Of a DNA stretch of 64,000 nt, positions 47,375 through 55,212 are shown piece after piece (position 1 is the stretch's first letter; the number at the start of each line of letters is the position of its first letter). The stretch lies in contig JBAQJU010000335.1 in NCBI GenBank assembly GCA_049300475.1, forward strand, positions 10,578 to 74,577, read 5' to 3'. A model generated the notes under the pieces. That model saw only the letters and a list, made by a program, of their open reading frames with translations. It searched no databases and was not told where the DNA came from. The stretch is from Terriglobales bacterium. GTDB lineage: Bacteria > Acidobacteriota > Terriglobia > Terriglobales > Acidobacteriaceae. The position numbers and the translations under genes were made by a program.

Positions 47375-48406
47375 CTACCACGATCCCTTCTTGGTGTAGT
47401 ATCCCGCCCGGTTGTGGACCTGGTAAGAACCGCCAGCCGGTGGATTCGTCAGATTGACCTGAATCCGGCGAAACGGATAATCGGAGAAGCGCTGCGAGGG
47501 ATAATACGCCAACAGGTATTGGGTACGAAGTTCGTCGCTGATCTGGCGGAACGCGTCATCCAACTGGGGCAGCGAGGTGGCGTAGTAGTATTTGCCGCCG
47601 GTGTCTTCCGAAATCTGGATCAGGGCATGCTCGCCGCCCGTGTCGCGGCCCGCGCTCGCTTCAATCGGCACGATGATGATGCTGTAGATAATCGCTTCCG
47701 CTTCCTGGGCCGCGCGCAGCGCTTCTTTGTAGTTCACCTGGCTCACCGTGTCGCCGCCGTCGGTGATGATCACCATGACTTTTCTCCCCTGGCGGCGGCT
47801 CAACGCCTGCGATCCCAGGAAAATCGCATCGTAAAGTGCGGTTGCTGACCCGTTCCTGACACGGTCGATTCCGGCATCGATCTTCTTCAGGTCGGATGTG
47901 AACGGCACCACTTCGTTCACCTCCTCACTGAACTTGTAGAGCGACAACCCATCCTGTGGCCGCAAAATCGTGTGCGCGAACTTGCGCGCCGACTGTAACT
48001 CCAGCGGCAGGTCTTTGCGTGTGCTCAGGCTGGTATCCACCGAAAGCACAATCGAGAGCGGAAGCGCCGACTCCCGGCTGAAGAGGGCGATCTTCTGTGG
48101 TTTGCCGTCCTCCTTGAGCAGAAAATTTTCTTTTTCCAGATTGGAGATCGGCGCACCCCGCGCATCCGTCACCGTCACAAACACATTGACCAGCTTGACT
48201 TCGACCTTGAATGTGGTGTCCGGCTCTTGTGCGGACAATGATGCGCTTGGGCAGATCAGGAATACGCACACCAGCCAGAAAGCGAGCCGCGAGCCACGAG
48301 CCCCGAGTCGCGAGCAGACCGTATCAGATTTCGCTCGCCGCTCGTGGCTCGCGGCGCGAGGCTCTCTTGGGATGCGCTTCATTCGAACGACAATTTTCCG
48401 GGACAT
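47375..48406 (-). CDS. VWA-domain protein of the VWFA-related acidobacterial type
   Basis: FKVEVKLVNVFVTVTDARGAPISNLEKENFLLKEDGKPQKIALF, followed by VWA motifs (LSIVLSVDTSLS). The start is uncertain because a heptad hairpin occupies codons 14-42. GTG 48271 is the alternative. Confidence 0.75.
   Translation of the reverse strand: MSRKIVVRMKRIPREPRAASHERRAKSDTVCSRLGARGSRLAFWLVCVFLICPSASLSAQEPDTTFKVEVKLVNVFVTVTDARGAPISNLEKENFLLKEDGKPQKIALFSRESALPLSIVLSVDTSLSTRKDLPLELQSARKFAHTILRPQDGLSLYKFSEEVNEVVPFTSDLKKIDAGIDRVRNGSATALYDAIFLGSQALSRRQGRKVMVIITDGGDTVSQVNYKEALRAAQEAEAIIYSIIIVPIEASAGRDTGGEHALIQISEDTGGKYYYATSLPQLDDAFRQISDELRTQYLLAYYPSQRFSDYPFRRIQVNLTNPPAGGSYQVHNRAGYYTKKGSW
48282..48366. repeat. Heptad-periodic palindromic element within the annotated 5' end of the VWA ORF
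   Basis: GCGAGCC GCGAGCC ACGAGCC CCGAGTC GCGAGCA (15-nt loop) CGCTCGC CGCTCGT GGCTCGC GGCGCGA GGCTCTC. Confidence 0.8.
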
Positions 48407-49156
48407 TTATTTGGATGCGGCCTCTGACCCCGCTGTGCCGCCCGGCCGCCGAATTTCTTCCGGAAACGCCTCTCCGTCCGCCCATACTGCCCCGTCTTCG
48501 AAGTACTCTTTCTTCCAGATCGGCACCGTCTTCTTCAACGTGTCGATAATCCAGCGGCAGGCTTCAAAGGCCGCGCCGCGATGGGCGGACGCCACGATGA
48601 TCAGCACGCTGGTCTCCCCAATCTCCAATCGCCCCAGCCGGTGAACAATGGAAACTCCGCCCACGCCATACCTCTCGCGAGCCGTCTGGGCCAGCCCTTC
48701 CATTTGCTTTAACGCCATCGCTTCGTAGGCTTCATAGTCCAGGTAGAGTGTCCGCCGTCCGCGCGTGTTGTCGCGCACCACGCCTTCAAATACCACCGCC
48801 GCGCCATCTTCTGGCCGCTTCACGCTGCGAAGCACGGATTCGGCGATGATCGGCTCGCGCACCATCCGGATCTCGCCTCGCGTGGCCTTCACTTCGCTGT
48901 TCGCTTCGGGCGCACCACCGCTCACCGGAGGCAGTAATCCCACCTCATCTCCCGCGGCCAGAGCGCGATCCGCATGCGCATATTCCTGGTTCACGGAAAG
49001 GGCAAGCGCCGGCCGCATCGCCTCCAGTCGCGGAGCCTGGCACGCATAGTGTGCCAGCACATCCTCGACCCGCGCCCCTTCCGGCAGGTCGACATAGTCG
49101 CTGGACCGTCCGACGAAATCTTTGAGCATGCCAAAAAAAAGTACGCGGATCTTCAT
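48407..49156 (-). CDS. moaDE: Fused molybdopterin synthase MoaD-MoaE
   Basis: The N-terminal 81 aa are MoaD/ThiS-like and end in PPVSGG (G80-G81). The rest is MoaE-like. The stop codon directly abuts the VWA ORF start. Confidence 0.85.
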   Translation of the reverse strand: MKIRVLFFGMLKDFVGRSSDYVDLPEGARVEDVLAHYACQAPRLEAMRPALALSVNQEYAHADRALAAGDEVGLLPPVSGGAPEANSEVKATRGEIRMVREPIIAESVLRSVKRPEDGAAVVFEGVVRDNTRGRRTLYLDYEAYEAMALKQMEGLAQTARERYGVGGVSIVHRLGRLEIGETSVLIIVASAHRGAAFEACRWIIDTLKKTVPIWKKEYFEDGAVWADGEAFPEEIRRPGGTAGSEAASK

Positions 49157-49205
49157 GGCGAAAAATCTATAGAAAACAGATCTGCAAGCAAAGCCCAGAT
49201 GCTCG

Positions 49206-49257
49206 TGTGGTGGCGAGGCTTTGCCCCGCCCAGACGGGGCGAAGCCCCGTCACCACA
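49206..49257. repeat. 52-bp palindromic REP-like element, copy B
   Basis: TGTGGTGGCGAGGCTTTGCCCCG cccaga CGGGGCGAAGCCCCGTCACCACA. It is an inverted copy of 5678-5728. Confidence 0.8.
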
Positions 49258-49404
49258 CCGACGAATTCCTGGACTCTGCCCACTTAGTGTAGCGCGCCGC
49301 CATCCGACCGGGCATGTCCCGCCGGTGTCACGGCCCGCGACTTCAGCCATTTAGTTCAATTACCACCGTAATCGTGCATTAGGTCACGTTCCAGCATAGG
49401 CTGG

Positions 49405-52137
49405 TTGCTGTGTTCCATTGTTGAGGAGGATGCTATTTCGAACGCCGTTCAAACCGATGCAGGACGTAGCGCATCCGCGCGGTCGTTCCTTCACAGTCTC
49501 AACATCCTCGTCAAGTACACGCGGCTGTATGGAACCAACCACAAGCGCACCGACAGCCAATTTGAGACTGCCTGGCAGGAACTGCAGGATTCCCTGCCCA
49601 AGAGCGGAGATACTGGTTTCGTGCTCGGCGTCTCCGACAATAAACTTCTTCTCGATGGCATTCCGCTCGAAGCCGGTCAGGCCGAGCGCAGTTTCGCGCA
49701 GTTACTGAATGCTGCCGGACTCTCCAGCATCCTGTTCTCGAACAAGGTGACGCTCGAGGACTTCCGGCGCCTGGTGAATGCTTTTGCCATGGGCGGATCA
49801 AAAGCGCAGGACTTCGCGAAGCAGGTCAAAGAGACGTTGGGGGATAACAATTCCTCGATCCGCATCAATGAAGTCAAGTTTATCGCCGCCGATCCCACCA
49901 CTGGAGAGCTTTCCATCGCGGCTCAACTCGCCGCGCAATCCATCGGTCCGGAATTCAAGCAGTGGCTCAATGATCCGCAAAAGCTCTTGCAATTGATCGC
50001 GGCCGCTCAGGGGGCCAGCGAAGGCTCCGGACAGCCCGGCGCGCCCATGGGCAGTGTCCCCAGCCTTTCTGGCGGCACCGGGCCCGCCAATGGTTCCCCA
50101 ACCGGTTCCTCAGTTTGGAACGGTGGCGTCGTTCCTCTACAGGAAGAGGAAGTGATCCAGACCATTCGCCTGCTCACGCACTTCGGTCAGGCCATGCAGG
50201 ATCCCAACTCTTCCGACGAGAATCTCAAGGTTGAACTTGCCAAAGTCGGCGAGGGCACGAAAATCAATCTGGCCCAATTGCTCGAAGGCTTGGCCTCGCA
50301 GACGATCAAGAATGATGAGGACGCCGGCAACAACACGCCTCTCCTGATGAAGGCGGCCGAGAGCATGGCCATCAAGTTTGCCCTCGACCGTTATCAGAAG
50401 GGCGACATCAAGGTAAATGCCGTCCACGAGATGATGGAGCATTTGAGCCGTCAGATGGACACCTTGTGCCAGATTCTGCGCGTGCAGGAAGACAAGATGT
50501 CGAAGGCCGGCATCCTGGTCGAGTCCCACGCCGACATTCTGGATCGCATGTTCTGGGCAGAGATTCCTGAAAGCGGCAAGAAAAGCGTTCTGCTCTCCAG
50601 CGAAGCCGCCTGTGTGCCGCCCCGCAACATCCGCCAGTTCGTCGAAGTTCTGCTCGAGCGCGAGGACGATGAACTCGCCGGCAAGATTCTCTCCAATTAC
50701 TGCGGTTGCCTGGATGCTAAAGAACCCGATCCGCGCCGCAAAGCAGCTGCGGGTCTGGCCCAACTCGCCGACCTCTATGCCAACGCGCCCGTGGACATCA
50801 TGCCCAGGGCCATCACATTGATGAGCGAGAAAATTGCGAGCGAGAGCGACTCTGAAATCCAGAGCCTGCTGAGCGCCTCATTTGCGCGCTTCGGGCAGGA
50901 AGCAGCCTCCCGCAAGAAGTACAAAGCGATTGCCGAACTGTGTTCCGCGTTCGAGAGGGTCGCGCAGGATCGGCCAAACCTGGCCCAGGACCTGCGTTCG
51001 CGCGTCGGCGTTGAAAATCGCCTGCCTGAGATGATCGAGGAGGCCATCAACTCCGACCTGATACCTCAGGATCTCGTCCAGGTTCTGCAGCAGCTTCCCA
51101 AGAATGCGGTGGAACATCTTGCCGACCGCTTTTTCCGGTCCCAGAAGCGCGAAGAATGCGATCGCATTATTGATCTGGTCGGGGAACTGGGCCAACCGGG
51201 GGTCACTGACCTGCGTGAGATTTTGCGTCTCGGCCAGCCGCGCCAGGCGGCCGCGACCGTCGGCCTGTTGAGCCGTCTGGATCCGTCCATTCTGCTCGAA
51301 CTGCTGCCCGGCCGCATGAGCGAATTCAATCGCTTCTATCAGGATATCCTGGTGCGCCAGATCGCCTACGCGGCCGCACCCGATCGCGGACGCACGCTCC
51401 TCGAGTTGCTCGAATTGCTGGATCCGCTGGTTCTGCCCGAGACCATCGACGAAATCGGCATGAGCCAGGATCATAGCGCCAGTGCCAGCCTCATCGCGCT
51501 GGCTGCCAGTGGCGAGGCACAGTCCCGCTCGCCGTTCGTCCAACTCAAGGCCATCGAGTCGCTCGGCCGGTTGCGCGAAGCCGAGGCGGTCGGCGTTTTG
51601 CGCGATCTGGTCGAAGAGAAGAAGTTTTTTGGATACACCCAGCACCGCGAACTGCGCATCGCCGCCATCCAGTCGCTCTCCAAGATCGATCAGACTTATG
51701 GCACGCATGCGCTTGCCGAAAGCGGTCTTGAGACCGCGGAAATCGCCATCGCACCGCTCGATTCCGCGCCCGGTTGTCCCTGGGTCCGGCAGCGCCGCTA
51801 CGAACGAATTATTCTCCCGCGACCGCTGTCGGCGACTCTCTCCAGTTCCTGGGGAAGGTCGAACATCGTTATGCGCGAGATGAGCCTGGGCGGCGGCATG
51901 GGCACGCGCAACGATAATCTGCGTGTCGGCTCCGAAGCGAACGTCGAGATTGCTGTCGGTGTAAAGAAAATCCGCGGGCAAGTCCTTCTGCGCCGTGCCC
52001 GCGTCAACGAACTCGGCTTCGAGTTCGTCAAAATGGATCTCGACAGCCGGTATCGCCTGCGCCGCGTGCTGGTCGAGGCCCTCGAAAAAGCTCCCGAAAA
52101 CCGCGCTCCCGATTGGGACGGGGGACGCAAGACCTAG
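49405..52137 (+). CDS. HEAT/armadillo-repeat protein with a C-terminal PilZ domain
   Basis: 910 aa. The central and C-terminal regions are helical repeats. The C-terminus has RRYER (RxxxR) followed by EMSLGG (D/NxSxxG-like). Confidence 0.65.
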   Translation: MLCSIVEEDAISNAVQTDAGRSASARSFLHSLNILVKYTRLYGTNHKRTDSQFETAWQELQDSLPKSGDTGFVLGVSDNKLLLDGIPLEAGQAERSFAQLLNAAGLSSILFSNKVTLEDFRRLVNAFAMGGSKAQDFAKQVKETLGDNNSSIRINEVKFIAADPTTGELSIAAQLAAQSIGPEFKQWLNDPQKLLQLIAAAQGASEGSGQPGAPMGSVPSLSGGTGPANGSPTGSSVWNGGVVPLQEEEVIQTIRLLTHFGQAMQDPNSSDENLKVELAKVGEGTKINLAQLLEGLASQTIKNDEDAGNNTPLLMKAAESMAIKFALDRYQKGDIKVNAVHEMMEHLSRQMDTLCQILRVQEDKMSKAGILVESHADILDRMFWAEIPESGKKSVLLSSEAACVPPRNIRQFVEVLLEREDDELAGKILSNYCGCLDAKEPDPRRKAAAGLAQLADLYANAPVDIMPRAITLMSEKIASESDSEIQSLLSASFARFGQEAASRKKYKAIAELCSAFERVAQDRPNLAQDLRSRVGVENRLPEMIEEAINSDLIPQDLVQVLQQLPKNAVEHLADRFFRSQKREECDRIIDLVGELGQPGVTDLREILRLGQPRQAAATVGLLSRLDPSILLELLPGRMSEFNRFYQDILVRQIAYAAAPDRGRTLLELLELLDPLVLPETIDEIGMSQDHSASASLIALAASGEAQSRSPFVQLKAIESLGRLREAEAVGVLRDLVEEKKFFGYTQHRELRIAAIQSLSKIDQTYGTHALAESGLETAEIAIAPLDSAPGCPWVRQRRYERIILPRPLSATLSSSWGRSNIVMREMSLGGGMGTRNDNLRVGSEANVEIAVGVKKIRGQVLLRRARVNELGFEFVKMDLDSRYRLRRVLVEALEKAPENRAPDWDGGRKT

Positions 52138-52235
52138 CAGGCTGCTGAAAAACTACTTTGTGGGGTCGAAAGTGTGACCGCAGCGGCTGAAGCCGCATTG
52201 AAAAGAGGAATATTGAGTTTTTCCGCAGCCTGCTA
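52135..52235. mobile_element. 101-bp MITE/REP-like element with 20-bp terminal inverted repeats
   Basis: The terminal repeats are TAGCAGGCTGCTGAAAAACT and AGTTTTTCCGCAGCCTGCTA (19/20 complementary). The central hairpin is GCGGC tgaa GCCGC. The first three nt (TAG) are the stop codon of the HEAT-PilZ ORF. Confidence 0.5.
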
Positions 52236-52291
52236 GGAACGGATCTTAAACTCAGGAAGCACAAGTCCCCCGCAAACTCGATCCTATTCCA

Positions 52292-52322
52292 GAGAAAAAG
52301 CCCCTGCGCAAGCAGAGGCTTT
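52292..52322 (-). terminator. Intrinsic terminator after atpE
   Basis: The minus strand reads AAGCCUCUGC uugc GCAGGGGCUU UUUCUCU. This is a 10-bp stem with one G-U pair plus a U tract. It begins about 20 nt after the atpE stop. Confidence 0.7.
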
Positions 52323-52341
52323 GTCCTTACTACCATCTCCG

Positions 52342-52653
52342 CTAAGCAACCTTCACGAAGATAATCACGAGCGTGAACAACACCAGCGACTCGATGAACG
52401 CCAATCCAAGAATCAGCGCCACCTGAATGCCGGCCCGCGCGGCTGGATTGCGTCCCAGCGCTTCGCACGCCGAGGAGGCAGCGCGTCCCTGGCCCTGGGC
52501 GGCCAATCCGGCCGCGATGGCAATGGCGAAGCCGGAGGTAATGGCGACCCAGTTCGTGGAACCGGCCGCTCCCGCGCCCGTTTGCGCGAACGCCGGCACC
52601 GCAAAAATCGAACAGAACAGCAGCAACAATACCAACATCATCATCTTCCGCAT
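52342..52653 (-). CDS. atpE: F0F1 ATP synthase subunit c with an N-terminal signal-like extension
   Basis: It forms a helical hairpin with AAGLAAQGQG, an RNP loop and the carboxylate in LAFIESLV. AAAGGAG is the ribosome-binding site. About 25 extra N-terminal residues are present (MRKMMMLVLLLLFCSIFAVPAFAQ). Confidence 0.85.
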   Translation of the reverse strand: MRKMMMLVLLLLFCSIFAVPAFAQTGAGAAGSTNWVAITSGFAIAIAAGLAAQGQGRAASSACEALGRNPAARAGIQVALILGLAFIESLVLFTLVIIFVKVA

Positions 52654-52740
52654 TTGCTTTCTCCTTTATGAATTGCCGCCAGTGGGTGGTTGACGCCGTG
52701 CCGTTACAGGCCGGCGCCCTCACGCTGAGGGCAGTTGTCA

Positions 52741-52818
52741 GCTTTCAGCTTTCAGTTCTCCGCGATTCACGCCACGTTAAAAACTGAGAGCTGACGGCTG
52801 AGAGCTGATAGCTCTGAT
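52741..52818. repeat. Heptad-periodic spacer between atpB and atpE
   Basis: GCTTTCA GCTTTCA ... CTGAGAG CTGACGG CTGAGAG CTGATAG CTCTGAT. The words are the same as in the nuoK-nuoL spacer. Confidence 0.8.
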
Positions 52819-52820
52819 CT

Positions 52821-53579
52821 TTAGTGTTCGTGCGCGACCGCCTCACCCAGGTACACGGCCGGCAACAGCACGAAGATATACGTCTGAATAAACGACACGC
52901 CGATGTGCAGGCCCTCAAACACGACCGGAAGGCCGATGGGCACCAGCGAGAAAAACACCAGCGTTACCATCTCACCCGCGAACATGTTCGCAAAAAGACG
53001 AACGCTGAGCGATAACACGCGCGCCAGGTGGCTGAAGACTTCAATGGGAAAAACCAGAATCGGCAACAAGATTCGCACCGCCAGCGGCATGCCCTCCTGC
53101 GGTCCGATGAAGTGCTTCAGGTACCCAATGGGCCCGTTCTCACGCAGTCCGGCATAGTTGTAGTAGAACCAGGTCAGCAGCGCGGCCCCGAGCGGCACGG
53201 TTTCCACCGCGGTTGGCGATTCCAGCCCCGGAACCAGCCCAATCAGATTGCACGTCAAGATGAACAGTCCGAGCGTGGTCAGATAGGGGACAAACTTTGC
53301 GCCCGAATGATGGCCGATGATCTCATCGGCCAGATTCGCGATGAAGCCATGAATACCTTCCATGGTGTGCTGGAGGGCGCCGGGGTTCTCCACCGAAAGG
53401 CGCAGGCGAACCGCCACAAAGAAGGCCGTCAGCAGCAGAACGACCAGAATCTCCATTGCCACCGTGTTGGGAATGGGAGCCGCAGGATGCCGGGGATGAA
53501 TCCCAAGCCGCAGCAGCAGCGCGGTCACCGGCGAGCCGAAGAGATGGTTCAGAAATTTAGTAAAGGTAAGTTGTTCCAT
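52821..53579 (-). CDS. atpB: F0F1 ATP synthase subunit a
   Basis: 252 aa and polytopic. The conserved Arg lies in LSLSVRLFANMFAGE. Confidence 0.9.
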   Translation of the reverse strand: MEQLTFTKFLNHLFGSPVTALLLRLGIHPRHPAAPIPNTVAMEILVVLLLTAFFVAVRLRLSVENPGALQHTMEGIHGFIANLADEIIGHHSGAKFVPYLTTLGLFILTCNLIGLVPGLESPTAVETVPLGAALLTWFYYNYAGLRENGPIGYLKHFIGPQEGMPLAVRILLPILVFPIEVFSHLARVLSLSVRLFANMFAGEMVTLVFFSLVPIGLPVVFEGLHIGVSFIQTYIFVLLPAVYLGEAVAHEH

Positions 53580-53586
53580 AGAAGAA

Positions 53587-53676
53587 GCTGCGAGCTACGA
53601 GCCGCGAGCCGCGAGCAAATCGATCTCCGAGTTACGAGCAATGCCGATTCGAGCCCGCAGCTCGAAACTCGCGGCC
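53587..53676. repeat. Heptad-periodic spacer between atpI and atpB
   Basis: GCTGCGA GCTACGA GCCGCGA GCCGCGA ... TCGAGCC CGCAGCT CGAAACT CGCGGCC (complementary words). Confidence 0.8.
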
Positions 53677-53682
53677 CCCAAC

Positions 53683-54120
53683 TCAGTTTCGAAACGCCGC
53701 GTACACCTCGAACCCCGCCTCGATCATCATGGCTGCCACCGGCAGGCATAAGCCCCACAGGAAGCCACGGAAGGCCAAAGCGGAACTTTTGAATATAGCA
53801 TAGGCAACGGCTCCAACCAACGCGTATCGCACCAGGAAGCGCAGCACAATGCGACCACCTTTTTCCCGGCTATGCCGGTTCACAATGCGCTCGGCAAGCG
53901 CTTCCACGCTGCGCTCGAGCGCGCGAAAATTGATGCAGGAGACCGCCGCGCCCGCCGCAAATCCGATTGCACCCGCCCATCCATACCACCAGAATGCCGG
54001 GGCCAGCAGAAGGATACTCACGGCCAGCATGGTTCGAAACATGCGTGGAAGCGCCCGCCCGTTAAACGACTCCAGGCGCAGGTCGCCGGGAGAAAGCTCC
54101 GAATTCACCGGCTCATTCAT
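53683..54120 (-). CDS. atpI: ATP synthase protein I (AtpI-like)
   Basis: 145 aa, a small four-helix membrane protein immediately upstream of atpB. Confidence 0.6.
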   Translation of the reverse strand: MNEPVNSELSPGDLRLESFNGRALPRMFRTMLAVSILLLAPAFWWYGWAGAIGFAAGAAVSCINFRALERSVEALAERIVNRHSREKGGRIVLRFLVRYALVGAVAYAIFKSSALAFRGFLWGLCLPVAAMMIEAGFEVYAAFRN

Positions 54121-54126
54121 GGTTTG

Positions 54127-54411
54127 TCATTTCTCATGCGAGCGCGGGGTGGAATCAGATCTCGAATTCGAGGTGGAATCGGCCTCTCGGGAGGCGCTAA
54201 GCGCCATGCGGATCATCTGTGCGAATCCCACCACCGCTCCAAAAAGCAGCCCCACCAGGTAAAGCCACTTGGTATGCAACCAGTAGTCAAGCAGCTTGCC
54301 CAGAAAGAATCCCAGCAGCACGGCGGCAGGAATAATGAATCCCATCTCGGAATAGCGTGCCAGGGAAACGGCGGGATCGTTTTTCTTGTGAGGATCGGGC
54401 AACTCTGCCAT
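54127..54411 (-). CDS. atpZ: AtpZ/AtpI-family small membrane protein
   Basis: From ATG 54411: MAELPDPHKKNDPAVSLARYSEMGFIIPAAVLLGFFLGKLLDYWL..., a two-TM protein typical of AtpZ. The track start at 54528 runs into a REP element. Confidence 0.6.
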   Translation of the reverse strand: MAELPDPHKKNDPAVSLARYSEMGFIIPAAVLLGFFLGKLLDYWLHTKWLYLVGLLFGAVVGFAQMIRMALSASREADSTSNSRSDSTPRSHEK

Positions 54412-54455
54412 GCGAGGGATTCTAAACCAGCGGAGAGTTTGCGAGGGCGCGACCT

Positions 54456-54560
54456 CCGTTAAACACACGGCGACAACGGTTAACCACAGGGGGCACGGGG
54501 GTGCACGGAGGCCGCTCGGTGTACTCAATGAGCTTCCCCCAAGGGTTTCCTCCCCGAGCC
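54456..54560. repeat. REP family 2 element in the atp operon leader
   Basis: The core is AACCACAGGGGGCACGGGGGTGCACGGAGG. Compare 8631-8755 and 20757-20848. Confidence 0.6.
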
Positions 54561-54614
54561 AGAGTGGCAGGGATGCGCCCGGTCTGTGCCACCCTTCTGG
54601 GGTATCCCCCTCCC

Positions 54615-54636
54615 TCTTGATCTATTAGAATCAAGA
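54615..54636. promoter_or_regulatory. AT-rich palindrome upstream of the atp operon (candidate operator)
   Basis: TCTTGAT ctattaga ATCAAGA. On the minus strand it lies directly downstream of TAAAAT, about 205 nt upstream of the atpZ ATG. Confidence 0.3.
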
Positions 54637-54924
54637 TTTTAGCGCGAAATCCCCTGCAAAATATTCCGGATAAAGGACTTATATGCAAAATATTGAGCGC
54701 GTGAGACTTAGCTTGCTTCTATTGTCAAATAGCCGCCCGGTGGAAGGGCACTTTGTGTGCCTATTTCTATGTTGAAGCTTCAGCGTCTTAAGTCAAGATG
54801 TTTTGTTTTGGTCTCGGATTCGGATTAGGGGCATAGGATCGAACACGCGTATCCTTGGCGGCCCAAAAGCGCGGTTGAAGAGTCTGCGGAAAAGGTCTTT
54901 GCGCACGCGAATTTGCGACCCACA

Positions 54925-55212
54925 GGCGCTGAAGCGCGAATCGATTTTCAGCGACTTTGCGGCACGAGTGGAACTCGTGCCCCTCCCTTTCGCTCCTCAA
55001 GCTTTTCCGCAACCGGTGAAGCCGTGCCCTTTGAAAGGCGTTAGTCTGGAACCGCTCTGGTTATCGCTGCGGTGAACCGCTGCGCCAGTTTAAGGGCAAG
55101 TGTCGAGTGTTTTGAGCTTGTGCCGCTGAGCAACCTAAAATCAAGGACAACATCGAGTGATTCCGCTTGCGCCACGGGCCACCCAAAATCAAGGGCCAGA
55201 TCGAGTTTCGGG
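54925..55212. repeat. Cluster of REP hairpins plus three ~47-bp-spaced repeat units
   Basis: The hairpins are GCGC tgaa GCGC, GGCACGAGT gga ACTCGTGCC (54961-54981) and GGTGAAGCCGTGCC. The repeat units share the core AAGG(G/A)C(A/C)A..TCGAGT at about 55090, 55135 and 55183. Confidence 0.7.

Noticed and set aside
49157-49404. A Moco riboswitch upstream of moaDE.
   Set aside because: No CCUCCGAG-type conserved core was seen on the minus strand. The region is dominated by a REP palindrome. This should still be confirmed with cmsearch (RF01055).
52342-52653. A Na+-specific c-ring or N-type ATPase, suggested by the Q (AQGQG) plus E-S (FIESL) residues and the two small upstream membrane proteins.
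   Set aside because: The full Na+ signature (Q...E-S/T-T...Y) is incomplete: L and F replace T and Y. The upstream genes look like AtpZ/AtpI rather than AtpQ/AtpR. The gene order is not the N-ATPase order.
54815-54860. A GGATCGAAC / GTTCGATCC T-loop-like sequence, considered as a tRNA or tRNA fragment.
   Set aside because: The flanking bases do not form a T stem, and no acceptor or anticodon arms could be built.
55090-55212. Three regularly spaced repeat units, considered as a mini CRISPR array.
   Set aside because: There are only three degenerate units of about 25 nt at ~47-bp spacing. The repeats are not exact, and there is no leader or cas gene. This is consistent with REP-type clutter.
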